A stretch of 64,000 nucleotides of DNA from the human T2T-CHM13v2.0 reference genome, Homo sapiens, in NCBI RefSeq assembly GCF_009914755.1, contig NC_060942.1; one strand, given 5' to 3'. The notes below the pieces were generated by a model. That model was not told where the DNA came from. It ran no database searches and worked only from the letters and a program-made list of their open reading frames with translations. A program made the translations under genes and the position numbers. The stretch's first letter is position 1. Each line of letters opens with the position of its first letter. This document shows, in pieces, positions 1 to 15,617 of this stretch.

Positions 1-1523
1 TAATAACCCTGCCATTGGGTTATTATCCTGGATAATATCTGGATCTATCTAGGTGTTTGAAGGGACATTTTCATCTTAATGACAAAAATGCATCCACCTC
101 TTCTCCAGTTCTTACACTAAAAGGAAGACTGTTATAACCAAAGATCCAAGTTCAATGAGGAATATAATCATCGTTTAAGCTGTGTGAACAATTCTCACTC
201 ATATGATTGGGTCGCCAAGTACTTTTTGGTTGGATGAGCAATCACTCAAAGGTCACATTGTCCCCACAGAATCATGGTAGTCAAAGAAATGAAAGTGACG
301 GCCCAACGTGCACCCGTTTGATATTGGTTGAGAATCTGAACACGTCCATAGCATGGCTTGTGAGTATTTATTTCAGAATATGCAGTGGTGAGTGACTATG
401 GCCATTAGCTTTTTCCTATTGTGATCTTCCTTTTTTCATTTTGTGTGAGATTAATTTGTGACTGAGATTTATTAGCCTCAAGGAGGCTGGGGTTCATGAG
501 ATTTTGTTGATATACTGCACAGAACACACATCAAGTCAAAGAGAAAAGATGAGAAATTGAAATGATAAAGTTGTACTGCTAGCTTGTTGCTGAGGTAATT
601 GAAGTGGCTTGTGTTGTGCTGTGTTGTGATGGGTAGAAATAAAATATGTATGAATTTATCTAGATCATACTTCTGAAGAAAGGGATGACAAAATATATCC
701 CCTTTCTATGTATGTGTTGAGAAAATCTCCCAAGCCTTTTTTGACAGTGATATTGAAGCAAAATGAACACAAAACCCATTCAGAATGAGATCCAGAAGTG
801 AAGCCAGCTCTATGTTATTCATGGGAATATTCTAAGGGTTAGCACTGATCATTGAAATATGAGCATAATGTAAAAAAGGTGTTTTGTCTCCTAGGTGAAA
901 CCACAGGTCCATATAATTTCTTTTTAACAAAACTGAAATAGGGCAGCAAAATGGATTCATTTTATTAACCTGCCCAGCTTTCCCTCAGATGGAGAGTCTA
1001 ATCACCAGTGAAATGCCTAGAAAATACATAATCACTAGAATAAAAAAATATAGAAAAAGCAAGGGTCATGACAGTCATGAGGCACTAGAATATCAGCTGC
1101 ACAATCACAGGGATCAGCAGCTCACTGATGTGTCCCAGGCTCCTGGAACTGTGCTGGCACAGGAAAGGTGCCCACCGGGACTTTGCTGAATTAACCAACT
1201 GCACACTCAGTCCTTTACTGTGAAGATCTGACTGGTTGGCATGGTACGATCACAAATCTTTCTTTACTTTCCAGAGTCACCTGGCAGATACACATGTCAC
1301 ATGAGAATCTGGTGCATCAGAGAAGTCCCGCAACACATGGTCCTGGATAATGGACCACAGTGCAACTCTAGTGGACACCCCCCTGCCAGGGTTGTAGAGG
1401 TTTCAGAGACTGACTGATGTTCTCCCTGTGAAGCCCATAGTGATATTCCAGGATTGTTCTACAAAATTCTATTTCTTTAGTTCATTCAAACACATAACAG
1501 TGACCAGGTAATAGAGGACAGGG

Positions 1524-3792
1524 TGATATGGCTTGTCTGTGTCCTCACCCAAACCTCAACTTGAATTGTATCTCTCAGAATTCCCACATGTTGTCAGAGG
1601 GACCCAGTGGGAGGCAATTGAATCATGGGGGCTGGGTTTTTCCTGTGCTATTCTTGTGATAGTGAATAAGTCCCCCAAGATCTGATGGGTTTATCAGGGA
1701 TTTCTGCTTTTGCTTCTTCCTCATTTTCTCTTGCCATGTAAAAAGTGCCTGTCACCTCCTGCCATGATTCTGAGGCCTCTCCAGCCATGTGAAACTATAA
1801 ATCCAATTAAACCTATTTTTCTTCACAGTCTTGGGTATGTCTTTATTAGCAGCATGAAAAGAGAATAATACAGTAAATTGGTACTGGGAGTGGGGCATTG
1901 CTGAAAAGATACCCGAAAATGTGGAAGCGAATTTGGAACTGGGTAACAGGCAGAGGTTGGAACATTTTGGAGGGCTCAGAAGAAGAAAGAAAAAATGTGG
2001 GGAAGTTTGGAACCTCCTAGAGATTCATTGAATGGCTTTGACAAAAATCCTGATAGTGATATAAACAATAAGGTCCAGGCTGAGGTGGTCTCAGATGGAG
2101 AGGAGGAACTCATTGGGAACAGGAGCAAAGGTGGCTGTTACTATGTTTCAGCAAAGATGCTGGTGGCATTTTGCCCCTGCCCTAGAGATGTGTGGTACTT
2201 TGAACTTGAGAGAAATGATTTAGGGTACCTGGTGGAAGAAATTTCTAAGCAGAAAAGTATTCAAGAGGTGACTTGGGTACTGTTAAAAGCATTCCATTTT
2301 AAAGGGGAAACAGGCATAAAAGTTTGGAAAATTTGTAGTCCGATGATGCAGTAGAAAAGAAAAGCCCATTTTTTTTGAGGAGTATTTCAAGCTGTCTGCA
2401 GAAATTTGCATAAGAAGCAAGGAGCCTAATGTCAGTCCCCAAGACCATGGGGAAAATGTCTCCAGGCCATGTCAGAGACTTTCATGGCAGCCCCTCCCAT
2501 CACAGGCCTGGAGGCCCAGGTGGAAAAAGTGGTTTTGTGGGCCAAGCCAAGGGTCTCCATGCTGTGTGCAGCCTAGGGACGTGGTGCCCTGTGTCCCAGC
2601 AGCTCCGGCCATGGTTGAAAGGGGCCAACGTGCATCTGGGGCTGTGGCTTCAGAGGGTGGAAGCCCTAAGCCTTGGCAGCTTCCACGTGGTGTTGAGCCT
2701 GCAGGTGCAGAGAAGTCAAAAATTGAGGTTTGGGAGCCTCTGCCTAGATTTCAGAAGATGTATGGAATCACCTGCATGCACAGGCAAAAGTTTGCTACAG
2801 GAACAAGGCCCTCATGGAGAACCTCTACTAGGGCAGTGCAGAAGTGAAATGTGGGGTCAGAGCCCCTACACAGAGTCCCCACTTGGGCACTGCCTAGTGG
2901 AGCTGTGAGAAGAGGGCCACAATCCTCCAGAACCCAGAATAGTAGATCCACCGACAGCTTGCACCATGTGCCTGGAAAAGCTGCAGGCACTCAATGCGAG
3001 CCCATGAAAGCAGACAGAAGGTAGGCCATACCCTGCAAAGCGACATGGGTGGAGCTGCACATTACCATGGGAACACACCTCTTGCATCAGCATGACCTGG
3101 ATTTGAGACCTGGAGTCAAAGGAGATCATTTTGGAGCTTTAAAATTTGACTGCCCCACTGGATTTCTGACTTGCATGGGCCCTGTAACCCGTTTGTTTTG
3201 GCCAATTTCTCCTATTTGGAATGCAATACCTGTACCCCCATTACATCTAGGAAGTAACTGGCTTGCTTTTGATTTTACAGGCTCATAGGCAGAAGGGATT
3301 TGCCTTGTACCAGAGGAGACTTTGGACTGTGGACTTTTGGGTTAATGCTGAAATGAGTTAAGACTTTGGGGGACTGTTGGGAAGGCATGATTGGTTTTGA
3401 AATGTGAGGGAATGAGATTTGGAGGGGCCGGGGTGGAATTATATGGTTTGGCTGTGTCCCCACCCAAATCTCAATTTGAATTATATCTCCCAGAATTCCT
3501 ATGTGTTGTGGGAGGGACCCAGTGGGAGGTAATTGAATCATGGGGGCCCATTTTTTCCGTGCTATTCTCGTGATAGTGAATAAGTCTCAGAACATCTGAT
3601 GGGTTTATCAGGGGTTTCCACTTTTGCTTCTTCCTCACGTTCTCTTGCTGCCACCATGTAAGAAGTGCCTTTCACTTCCTGGCATGATTCTGAGGCCTCC
3701 TCAGTCATATGGAACTGTAAGTCCAATTAAACCTCATTTTCTTCCCAGTCTTGGGTATGTCTTTATCAGCAGCATGAAAATGGACTAATACA
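1524..3792 (+). mobile_element. Full-length THE1A (ERVL-MaLR): 5' LTR 1524-1872, internal 1873-3438, 3' LTR 3439-3792
   Basis: Two ~350 bp near-identical LTRs (TGATATGG...AATACA). 5-bp TSD CAGGG at 1519-1523 and 3793-3797. Purine-rich tract before the 3' LTR. Resembles the THE1A consensus as recalled. Confidence 0.93.
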
Positions 3793-4429
3793 CAGGGTTA
3801 AGCAAAACATAGTCTGGCATCAGTGTCTTCTCCATCCTTTTATTGACCTGGTATTCTCATATAAGTGAAATGAGGTTTAAGTCAACAAAACGCCTTGAAG
3901 AGGAAAAACTAAAAGTATGAAAAGAACCTCTGAAAGAGGTTTATGAAAGCAAGTGTGCTTCATTTTGATGAGTGAGGGCTATAAAAATTGATAGCATTTC
4001 TGAGACTCCAGATTTTGGAGGGGGCAATGGGAAAAGGTCTTTTTTGTGCAAATGGGAGTCATTTCCTTCCACTTCAGACTGCCCTCCACATAACCTTTGC
4101 AGCAAACCAGGGGTCTGTAGCCCCAAAGTGTGTCTACTTCAATGCCCCAGGGAAAACTACAGCCTTAACCAGGGAAGAATCCACTACTGTTTTAGTACCT
4201 ATTTATTTTAGTCTTTCTCACAACAGCCTGTGCTCCAAAGGGCACCTGGAATACACTTCACATTTCTTGAAGAAAGGTTCAGCTTGCACCAAAGGACCCC
4301 ATTATGGCTCTGCTCTCGCTCAAGATAGCTCTGATGACACCAAGGAATACCTAAGACCCTTTTCTACATTAATCTCTGAGAGGACATCTAAGTCTCAAAC
4401 TTCCCCAGACAGAAGAAGCGTCTCACAAA

Positions 4430-5000
4430 TAGAGGAATGGCTAAAAGTGCTGGCTCTGGAAATTTATTAGCCAGGCGACCTTGGGCAAGTCACCTAATTA
4501 TTGCAAGGTGTATTCTTCTTTTCTTAAGTTAATTGGAAATATAACACACCAGTACCCACCTCTGAAGGCTGTAGTCTTGATTAATACACGTAAGATATTT
4601 AGCACAAATGAAGTACTGATCCATGCTACAACTTGTATAATCCTTGAATACATTATGGTAAGTGAAATAAACCAGTCACAAAAGACCACATGCCGTATGA
4701 TTCATTCATATGAAACCCCAGAATAGAGAAATCTATAGAGATAGAAAGCAGATCAGTGGTTGTTTCAAGCCGGCAGGGGGATGAAAGGATGGGAGGGAAT
4801 AGCTAAAGGGTAGATTTGAGAAAAATTCTAAACTAGATTGGTGATGGTTGCACACATCTGTGAATATACTAAAACCATTGACTTGTACACCTCCAATTAG
4901 TGAATTATTTGGTATGTGAATTATATCTCAATAAAGTTGCTTAAAAAGATATTTAGCAATGCCTATCACACATTAAATATTTTAAAAATGTCAGCCAGTA
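4430..5000 (+). mobile_element. MIR SINE split by an L1 insertion
   Basis: MIR core-like GACCTTGGGCAAGTCACCTAA at ~4477. MIR 3'-like sequence resumes after 4958. Confidence 0.65.
4605..4945 (+). mobile_element. 5'-truncated old L1 3' end (L1MB-type)
   Basis: Typical L1M 3'UTR ending TATATCTCAATAAAG. Perfect 13-bp TSD AAGATATTTAGCA at 4592-4604 and 4946-4958. Confidence 0.85.
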
Positions 5001-6351
5001 TCATGTATTGATTCACTCAACAGATATTTATTAAGCTCCTATTATAAAGCAGGCACTGTCCTTCTTGTTCTTATAAATTTTTACCAATTTTACGTTTTAA
5101 ACTCTTGTATGTATATGAAATATGCAAAGGTTTTATTATTGCAGGAAGACTCCAGAACACTGTCGTGACTAAAATGCTTCACTTTAAAAGATAAAATTAA
5201 TTTTGTGAATAAAATTCTTTAGGTATAAAGCTGTTACTTTATAGTCATATAGTCATGACAACCCTGCAACCATATGAGCATCTTAAGAAAACCAACAAAA
5301 AAGTTTTCATTAACTTAAAACTAGATAATTTATTTATAGTCAACTTAGAAAGTTTTCCAAATGAGAAATACAGAATTTAGTGACAGCATAGCAGTTGTAT
5401 GTTTCTGTGGATTTGAGCATTTCATATTTAAGAATCATATAAATAAAATGTGCATTGAATGGTTTAAATCAGATAATGAGTTCTAAAAGTCATATTTTCA
5501 ACTCAGAAGACATTAGACAATTATTTGAAGTAGCTCTAGAAATGCCATTGCCCTTACTATATTTCCCTTGACTTTTATAAAGCAATTAAATTCTCTTTCC
5601 CCTTACCCTTTCCTCCATCATCAACTCCCTCATTTCAATTTTCCAAGAAAGACTATGTATAAAAGGCAAAATAATAGATTTATAACCAAAATTATTTAGT
5701 AAAGAAAAGGGCAACATAGAACTCTAAAAGCTATGCCCAAATGGTAAATTCCATTACAAAAAAAAATGGATCTGCTTTGGCAAATGCAGAGATTTAAATG
5801 GTGTTGGGTTATGCCAAGTTGGTGTGTGCGCCACCTGGAAGCTGCCTTCACCAGCATTGTGGCCTTAAGCACAAAAGAGAAAAAAGAAGCAAACTAAAAA
5901 GACAACTCCCTCAGCAGCCAGATTACCCTCTGCAAATCCTAACTTCTTTGTTTCTCCTTTCTGATCAGGTAGGCTGCCCATCAGAAACCAAGGAAGAATG
6001 GAATGCATTGAGGACCCCTGTAACCTAATTTCTCCTAGAGAGATTGACTGAGATCTTGGCTGCAGGAGCTGGAACCCAGGTACAGAAAGTAAGTCTGTGC
6101 TGGTGCAGGATTTTTAAAATAATGCTCTCTTGGCAACCTCAATTCTTCCATAAACACAACATGGTTTTGTTCATTCATACTATTTACTACATCAGCAAAA
6201 GTCATTGCAAAAACGGGGGGAAATCACCCTGAAAATAAAGTATTCTAGGAAGTTTTAACTTGTAGATGTATTCAGGATTCCTTCACAAGCACAGATTCTG
6301 AAGTGAACCAAAGTAAAGAAATTTAAAAGACTGAAAAAGCAGGAATTCACT

Positions 6352-6395
6352 CAAGGCTTATTACCAAACTTCCAAGGCTTATTACCAAATTTCCA
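6352..6395. repeat. 21-bp tandem duplication
   Basis: CAAGGCTTATTACCAAA(C/T)TTC occurs twice back to back. Confidence 0.9.
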
Positions 6396-6555
6396 TGAGG
6401 ACCACACTACTGTCTCTACTCCTTGAACACCTGACTAACTTATCCTGCTATATTAATGATGTGGTAAATTCAAATAATTGAAAATTTTCAAATTATTACA
6501 GAAGAACACTGTCAGTTTTCTTTTTATAGATAAACCAGGTAATATAAAGCAAACT

Positions 6556-6601
6556 CATCATTATTACCATCATCATCATCACCAACACCACCATCATCAT
6601 C
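6556..6601. repeat. Imperfect (CAT/CAC)n microsatellite
   Basis: Read directly from the sequence. Confidence 0.85.
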
Positions 6602-6769
6602 TGAAGTGATTTTTTCCTTCTATTAAGACTTTTTTGATGAATTAAATTTCCTCTATTACCAATAATACACCTATGTCCTTGTAGACACAACTACATTTAC
6701 CTTAATATACTTGTCAGAAATTTTTGGCAAGTATCTGCTTGCAATGGTTCTAGGTCATTAGCTCTATCC

Positions 6770-6880
6770 TAAACTTCTTGAGGAAAATAACTCTGTCTTG
6801 ATACTTTTTATCCCTTGGGCCTCACACAGTATCTAGCACATAGTATCAATTCAGAAATTGTTTGTGAGATAAGTGAATCA
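6770..6880 (+). mobile_element. L2 3'-end fragment
   Basis: CTTGAGG...CACAGTATCTAGCACATAGTA...TGAAT resembles the L2 3' terminus. Confidence 0.55.
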
Positions 6881-9800
6881 CCACCTAAGTTAATAATGTA
6901 TACTTGGTCTAGTTTTAGAGATCTATGACCAGTTAAAACAACTTCTTTCATAAAGAGTCAGCCTAAACCATTACCAGGATTTCACGGATTGATACTCAAA
7001 ATATCATTGAGAAGGGAACTTCACTTTGCTTTCCTCTTAAGTAGGTTTTGTTATTTGCTGGGAAAGAGGAAAGTCATTAAATGATCACTTTACTCCATTT
7101 CAGGAAAATATTTCCTGTTACTTTGAGGATTCAAATATAATAAGAATATCCCAGTTGGGTCTTAATGTCCCCCAAAATTGCACTTGCCCATCATTTCCCA
7201 CTTTGCTGCCAGATCCAGAACCCCAGCATGGAGTGGGCCCAGATGTGGGTAGATAGGAATTTAGACACATGCTCTTCCTATTTGCTGGCAATCAGTGCCT
7301 GTAGCAGTGAGCCTGGGATGGATGGAATGAGTGTCTAGAGCTCCTGACAGTTGCTGGACTCATTTGCTTTCTCTCTGTTTCTTTCACATGCTTCATTCTT
7401 TGTTTTCTGTTAAGGATATGTATTGACTTTGTGGAACCACTGCAGTGAGCCGTAAATGACGCATTTAATGAAAATCCTTGCCTTGTGCTCTGAGAGAGAA
7501 CACAAACAATGTAGTGCAATCATTGCTGGGCAGTGAGGGGTGTTGTAATATCACATGCATCTGATCCACCATCAAGACAAATGTGCCAATTGGAAATATT
7601 TCAAAAGTATATAGTAAAAAATATTAACTAACGTTTTAATCATATTCATTATTTGTTGTTTCTCCTGTCCCTATGGCAGTAATCTTTTATTCTTAAGGAA
7701 TGGTTACTCTTTTGTCTGAATGCCCCAAATCCTATATCCTAAAAGAAATGCACAAAAGGATTTTGAAAGCTTACCCTTTTTGGAAGGATTATATTAAAAT
7801 GTTGATTTTCTGCAGAGCACTGTATTTATTGCTACCATGCTTATATTTCAACGTTGAATTTCAAGTTATTGAAAAGAGTATTTTTCTTCAAGTTTCTCTT
7901 TCTTTTTTTTCTCTATTTCTCTCTTTAAAAACAAACAAACAAAATAAATAGGATTTGGATTTTTCTAACAATGTCGTGAAGTACAGTCTGAGTGACAAAG
8001 TCCAATTAAAAGAGGCACTTGCCAGTGACAGAAAAGTCTCACGGCAGAGTCTGGTCCGAATGAGGCTGGAGACAGTGACCAGGGCCCCGGGGCTCCTGTG
8101 GTGTCCTTCACACTAATGGTGAAGGAAAGTGCTGTCACTTGATTTCATATTCCCCAAGATGACTACACACAATGCCTTGGCACGCCATGCATGCGCTTCC
8201 TGCTGCAGAATGATTCACAGTCCACCAGCTGGTGTGTTAAGAGGCGCCCCCCATCGCTGAACAGCCCTGAAACAACATCCACACGGTGCAGTCAGTGACA
8301 GCCACAGGCTAAGCAGACTACAACTCTTCCAGCTTGCCCTTATCCCACATCCTGCTGAAATGGAGCTTTGCAGGCTCAGAGAGAAGAGCTGGCTCAGTGA
8401 TAACAGCCTGCAGGTGCACATGCCAGCCCAGCCCCTAACCGAGCAGGCTGTCTTGGTTTCCCCTGTACGGAGCAGAAGTCACAAATGAACCAGTTGACTT
8501 GTATTCACATAACTTGAGGCCCTGTCCTCCCTGGAGACAGTATCTTCCTGTAATGCTCTAGTTTTCAACTACTTTCTCCTCTAATAAGGTATCTAAACTC
8601 CAGCCTAACAATTTGTCTTCATCGGCATTATTATTCACTACATGAATGAAGGGACAAACTTTCTAGGGTACTATCACTAATGCACAGACTGGGTTTGATT
8701 TTGTTTGTTTTTTGGCCTCATCTGACAACCAGAACACATGTCCAAGTAAAGACAAAACTATTCTCTATGTGATACCTGACTAAATATTAGGTCAATTATG
8801 ATGAAAAAAAATTAGTCAACCACGGTTTGTGTGTCACATAAATAAAAATAACTGGTTGACAGGATTTTGTTGTTATTTATTATTTTGGCTTGACATTGAC
8901 ACAGTGTGAGTTTTAGAAATGGTTACTCATTTTTTTCTATTTATGTCTAATTTTGACAGGTTTCCTGGATTCTCCAGAATGGCATGCTCTACCTCCAGGT
9001 ATCCTAGAGCATACCCGAGCCTTCTGAGAAGCCTAATTAAAATTGTAGTTAGAAAATCTTACTTTTAGGCATATCTCATCATGGAAATGTTACCATGTGA
9101 AGATCCGTGCAGGATGACTAGAGTCCTGTTCATGCCAAATATTATAGAATGCATTATGTTTATAAGATTTTTACTTAAATGACTCCCGAAATTTCCTATA
9201 ATTGAATAAATTATAAAAATAATACACATACAAGTTGTAGATGTAGAGTTTCCAAAACTATATTTCTAGAAATATATGCCACATCAATTTCTTACAAACT
9301 CAATATGCTCATATCTCATTTATTTATTAAATCATCATCTGCTTTATCTTTACTTTTCTGTTTGTTGTATTCATCTCACTAGTATTTTTACAGTTTAGTA
9401 TCATTCATAATCTCTCACATTTAAGTTATATGAGACTGAAGAGAGTTTATCACCCCAAATCTTTTTTTCATGCTCTTTCTCTTTCTTTTTAAAAAACAAC
9501 TTCTTTTGGTCATTTCTACTTGCCTCTTCTGTCCCTGATAATTTTGGAGCCTGTGTGACTCCAAAAATACTTTGCTGTGTGATATTTGGGCTGATGAGAC
9601 GTTTACATCACTTCCTCCTTACGCTGTCTTCCTGGATGAAAGGGATCTCCTTGGAAGCATTATATTGGCTTTATGCAGAAACCTGCTGTATGAAACATCA
9701 CATATGTAACTCCAATACTTTGCCCTAGTTTTTCTGTTTCCTGAAGTATTTTAAGGATGATTTGGATGTACTCACTCTAAGTCCATCACATAAGTACAAA

Positions 9801-10062
9801 CCTTCTTCGACACTTTTCTGTGACATCTTGATAGTTTTCTTTATTACTATTACTATTATTACACTTTAAGTTTTAGGGTACATGTGCACAATGTGCAGGT
9901 TAGTTACCTATGTATACATGCGCCATGTTGGTGTGCTGCACCCATTAACTCGTCATTTAGCATTAGGTATATCTCCTAATGCTATCCCTCCCCCCTCCCC
10001 CTACCCCACAACAGGGCCCAAAGTGTGATATTCCCCTTCCTGTGTGCATGTGTTCTCATTGT

Positions 10063-13860
<3,798 letters not shown>

Positions 13861-13923
13861 TATGATGTTAGCTGGTTATTTTGCTCGTTAGTTGATGCAG
13901 TTTCTTCCTAGCCTCGATGGTCT

Positions 13924-14949
13924 TTACAATTTGGCATGATTTTGCAGTGGCTGGTACCAGTTGTTCCTTTCCATGTTTAGTGCTTCCTTCAGGAGCTCTT
14001 TTAGGGCAGGTCTGGTGGTGACAAAATCTCTCAGCATTTGCTTGTCTGTAAAGGATTTTATTTCTCCTTCACTTATGAAGCTTAGTTTGGCTGGATATGA
14101 AATTCTGGGTTGAAAATTCTTTTCTTTAAGAATGTTGAATATTGGTCCCCACTCCCTTGTGGCTTGTAGAGTTTCTGCCGAGAGATCTGCTATTAGTCTG
14201 ATGGGCTTCCCTTTGTGGGTAACCCGACCTTTCTCTCTGGCTGCCCTTAACATTTTTTCCTTCATTTCAACATTGGTGAATCTGACAATTATGTGTCTTG
14301 GAGTTGCTCTTCTTGAGGAGTATCTTTATGGCGTTCCCTGTATTTCCTGAATCTGAATGTTGGCCTGCCTTGCTAGATTGGGGAACTTCTCCTGGATAAT
14401 ATCCTACAGAGTGTTTTTCAACTTGGTTCCATTCTCCCCGTCACTTTCAGGTACACCATTCAGACATAGATTTGGTCTTTTCACATAGTCCCATATTTCT
14501 TGGAGGCTTTGTTCATTTCTTTTTATTCTTTTTTCTCTAAACTTCACTTCTCACTTCATTTCATTCATTTCATCCATTTCATCTTCCATCACTGATACCC
14601 TTTCTTCCAGTTGATCGCATCGGCTCCTGAGGCTTCTGCATTCTTCACGTAGTTCTCGAGCCTTGGTTTTCAGCTCCATCAGCTCCTTTAAGCACTTCTC
14701 TGTATTGATTATTCTAGTTATACTTTCATCTAAATTTTTTTCAAAGTTTTTAACTTCTTCCCCTTCGGTTTGAATTTCCTCCTGTAGCTTGGAGTAGTTT
14801 GATCGTCTGAAGCCTTCTTCTCTCAACTCGTCAAAGTCATTCTCCGTCCAGCTTTGTTCCGTTGCTGGTGAGGAACTGCGTTCCTTTGGAGGAGGAGAGG
14901 TGCTCTGCTTTTTAGAGTTTCCAGTTTTTCTGCTCTGTTTTTTCCCCGT
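13924..14949 (-). pseudogene. L1 ORF1p (disrupted)
   Basis: Start codon mutated ATG>ACG (14949-14947). In-frame 9-bp duplication (EDEMDEMNEMK). Nonsense codons at 14553-14551 (TGA) and 14406-14404 (TAG). C-terminus ...PLQNHAKL is intact. Confidence 0.92.
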
Positions 14950-15533
14950 CTTTGTGGTTTTATCTACTTTTGGTCTTTGATGATGGTGATGTACAGATGG
15001 GTTTTTGGTGTGGATGTCCTTTCTGTTTGTTAGTTTTCCTTCTAACAGACAGGACTCTCAGCTGCAGGTCTGTTGGAGTTTGCTAGAGGTCCACTCCAGA
15101 CCCTGTTTGCCTGGGTAACAGCAGCGGTGGCTGCAGAACAGCGGATTTTCGTGAACCGCGAATGCTGCTGTCTGATCGTTCCTCTGGAAGTTTTGTCTCA
15201 GAGGACTACCCGGCCGTGTGAGATGTCAGTTGGCCCCTACTGTGGGGGTGCCTCCCAGTTACGCTGCTCAGGGGTCAGGGGTGACGGACCCACTTGAGGA
15301 GGCAGTCTGCCCGTTCTCAGATCTCCAGCTGCGTGCTGGGAGAAACACTGCTCTCTTCAAAGCTGCCAGACAGGGACATTTAAGTCTGCAGAGGTTACTG
15401 CTGTCTTTTTGTTTGTCTGTGCCCTGCCCCCAGAGGTGGAGCCTACAGAGGCAGGCAGGCCTCCTTGAGCTGTGGTGGGCTCCACCCAGTACAAGCTTCC
15501 CGGTTGCTTTGTTTACCTAAGCAAGCCTGGGCA

Positions 15534-15617
15534 ATGGTGGGCGCCCCTCCCCCAGCCTCACTGCCGCCTTGCAGTTTGATCTCAGACTGCTGTGCTAGCA
15601 ATCAGCGAGATCTGTGA
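15534..15617 (+). pseudogene. L1 antisense ORF0, frameshifted
   Basis: ATG at 15534 gives MVGAPPPASLPPCSLISDCCASNQRDL*. The rest of the ORF0-like frame (VGPSEPG...IRVGVTRFSRC) continues in the 15614 frame, implying a 1-bp deletion near 15611. Confidence 0.8.

Noticed and set aside
1995-3573. Several 60-159 aa ORFs
   Set aside because: They are fragments of the decayed THE1/MaLR internal region and LTR, not host genes.
3988-4470. 160-aa ORF
   Set aside because: Non-ATG start, runs into a MIR, and has no domain resemblance or splice context.
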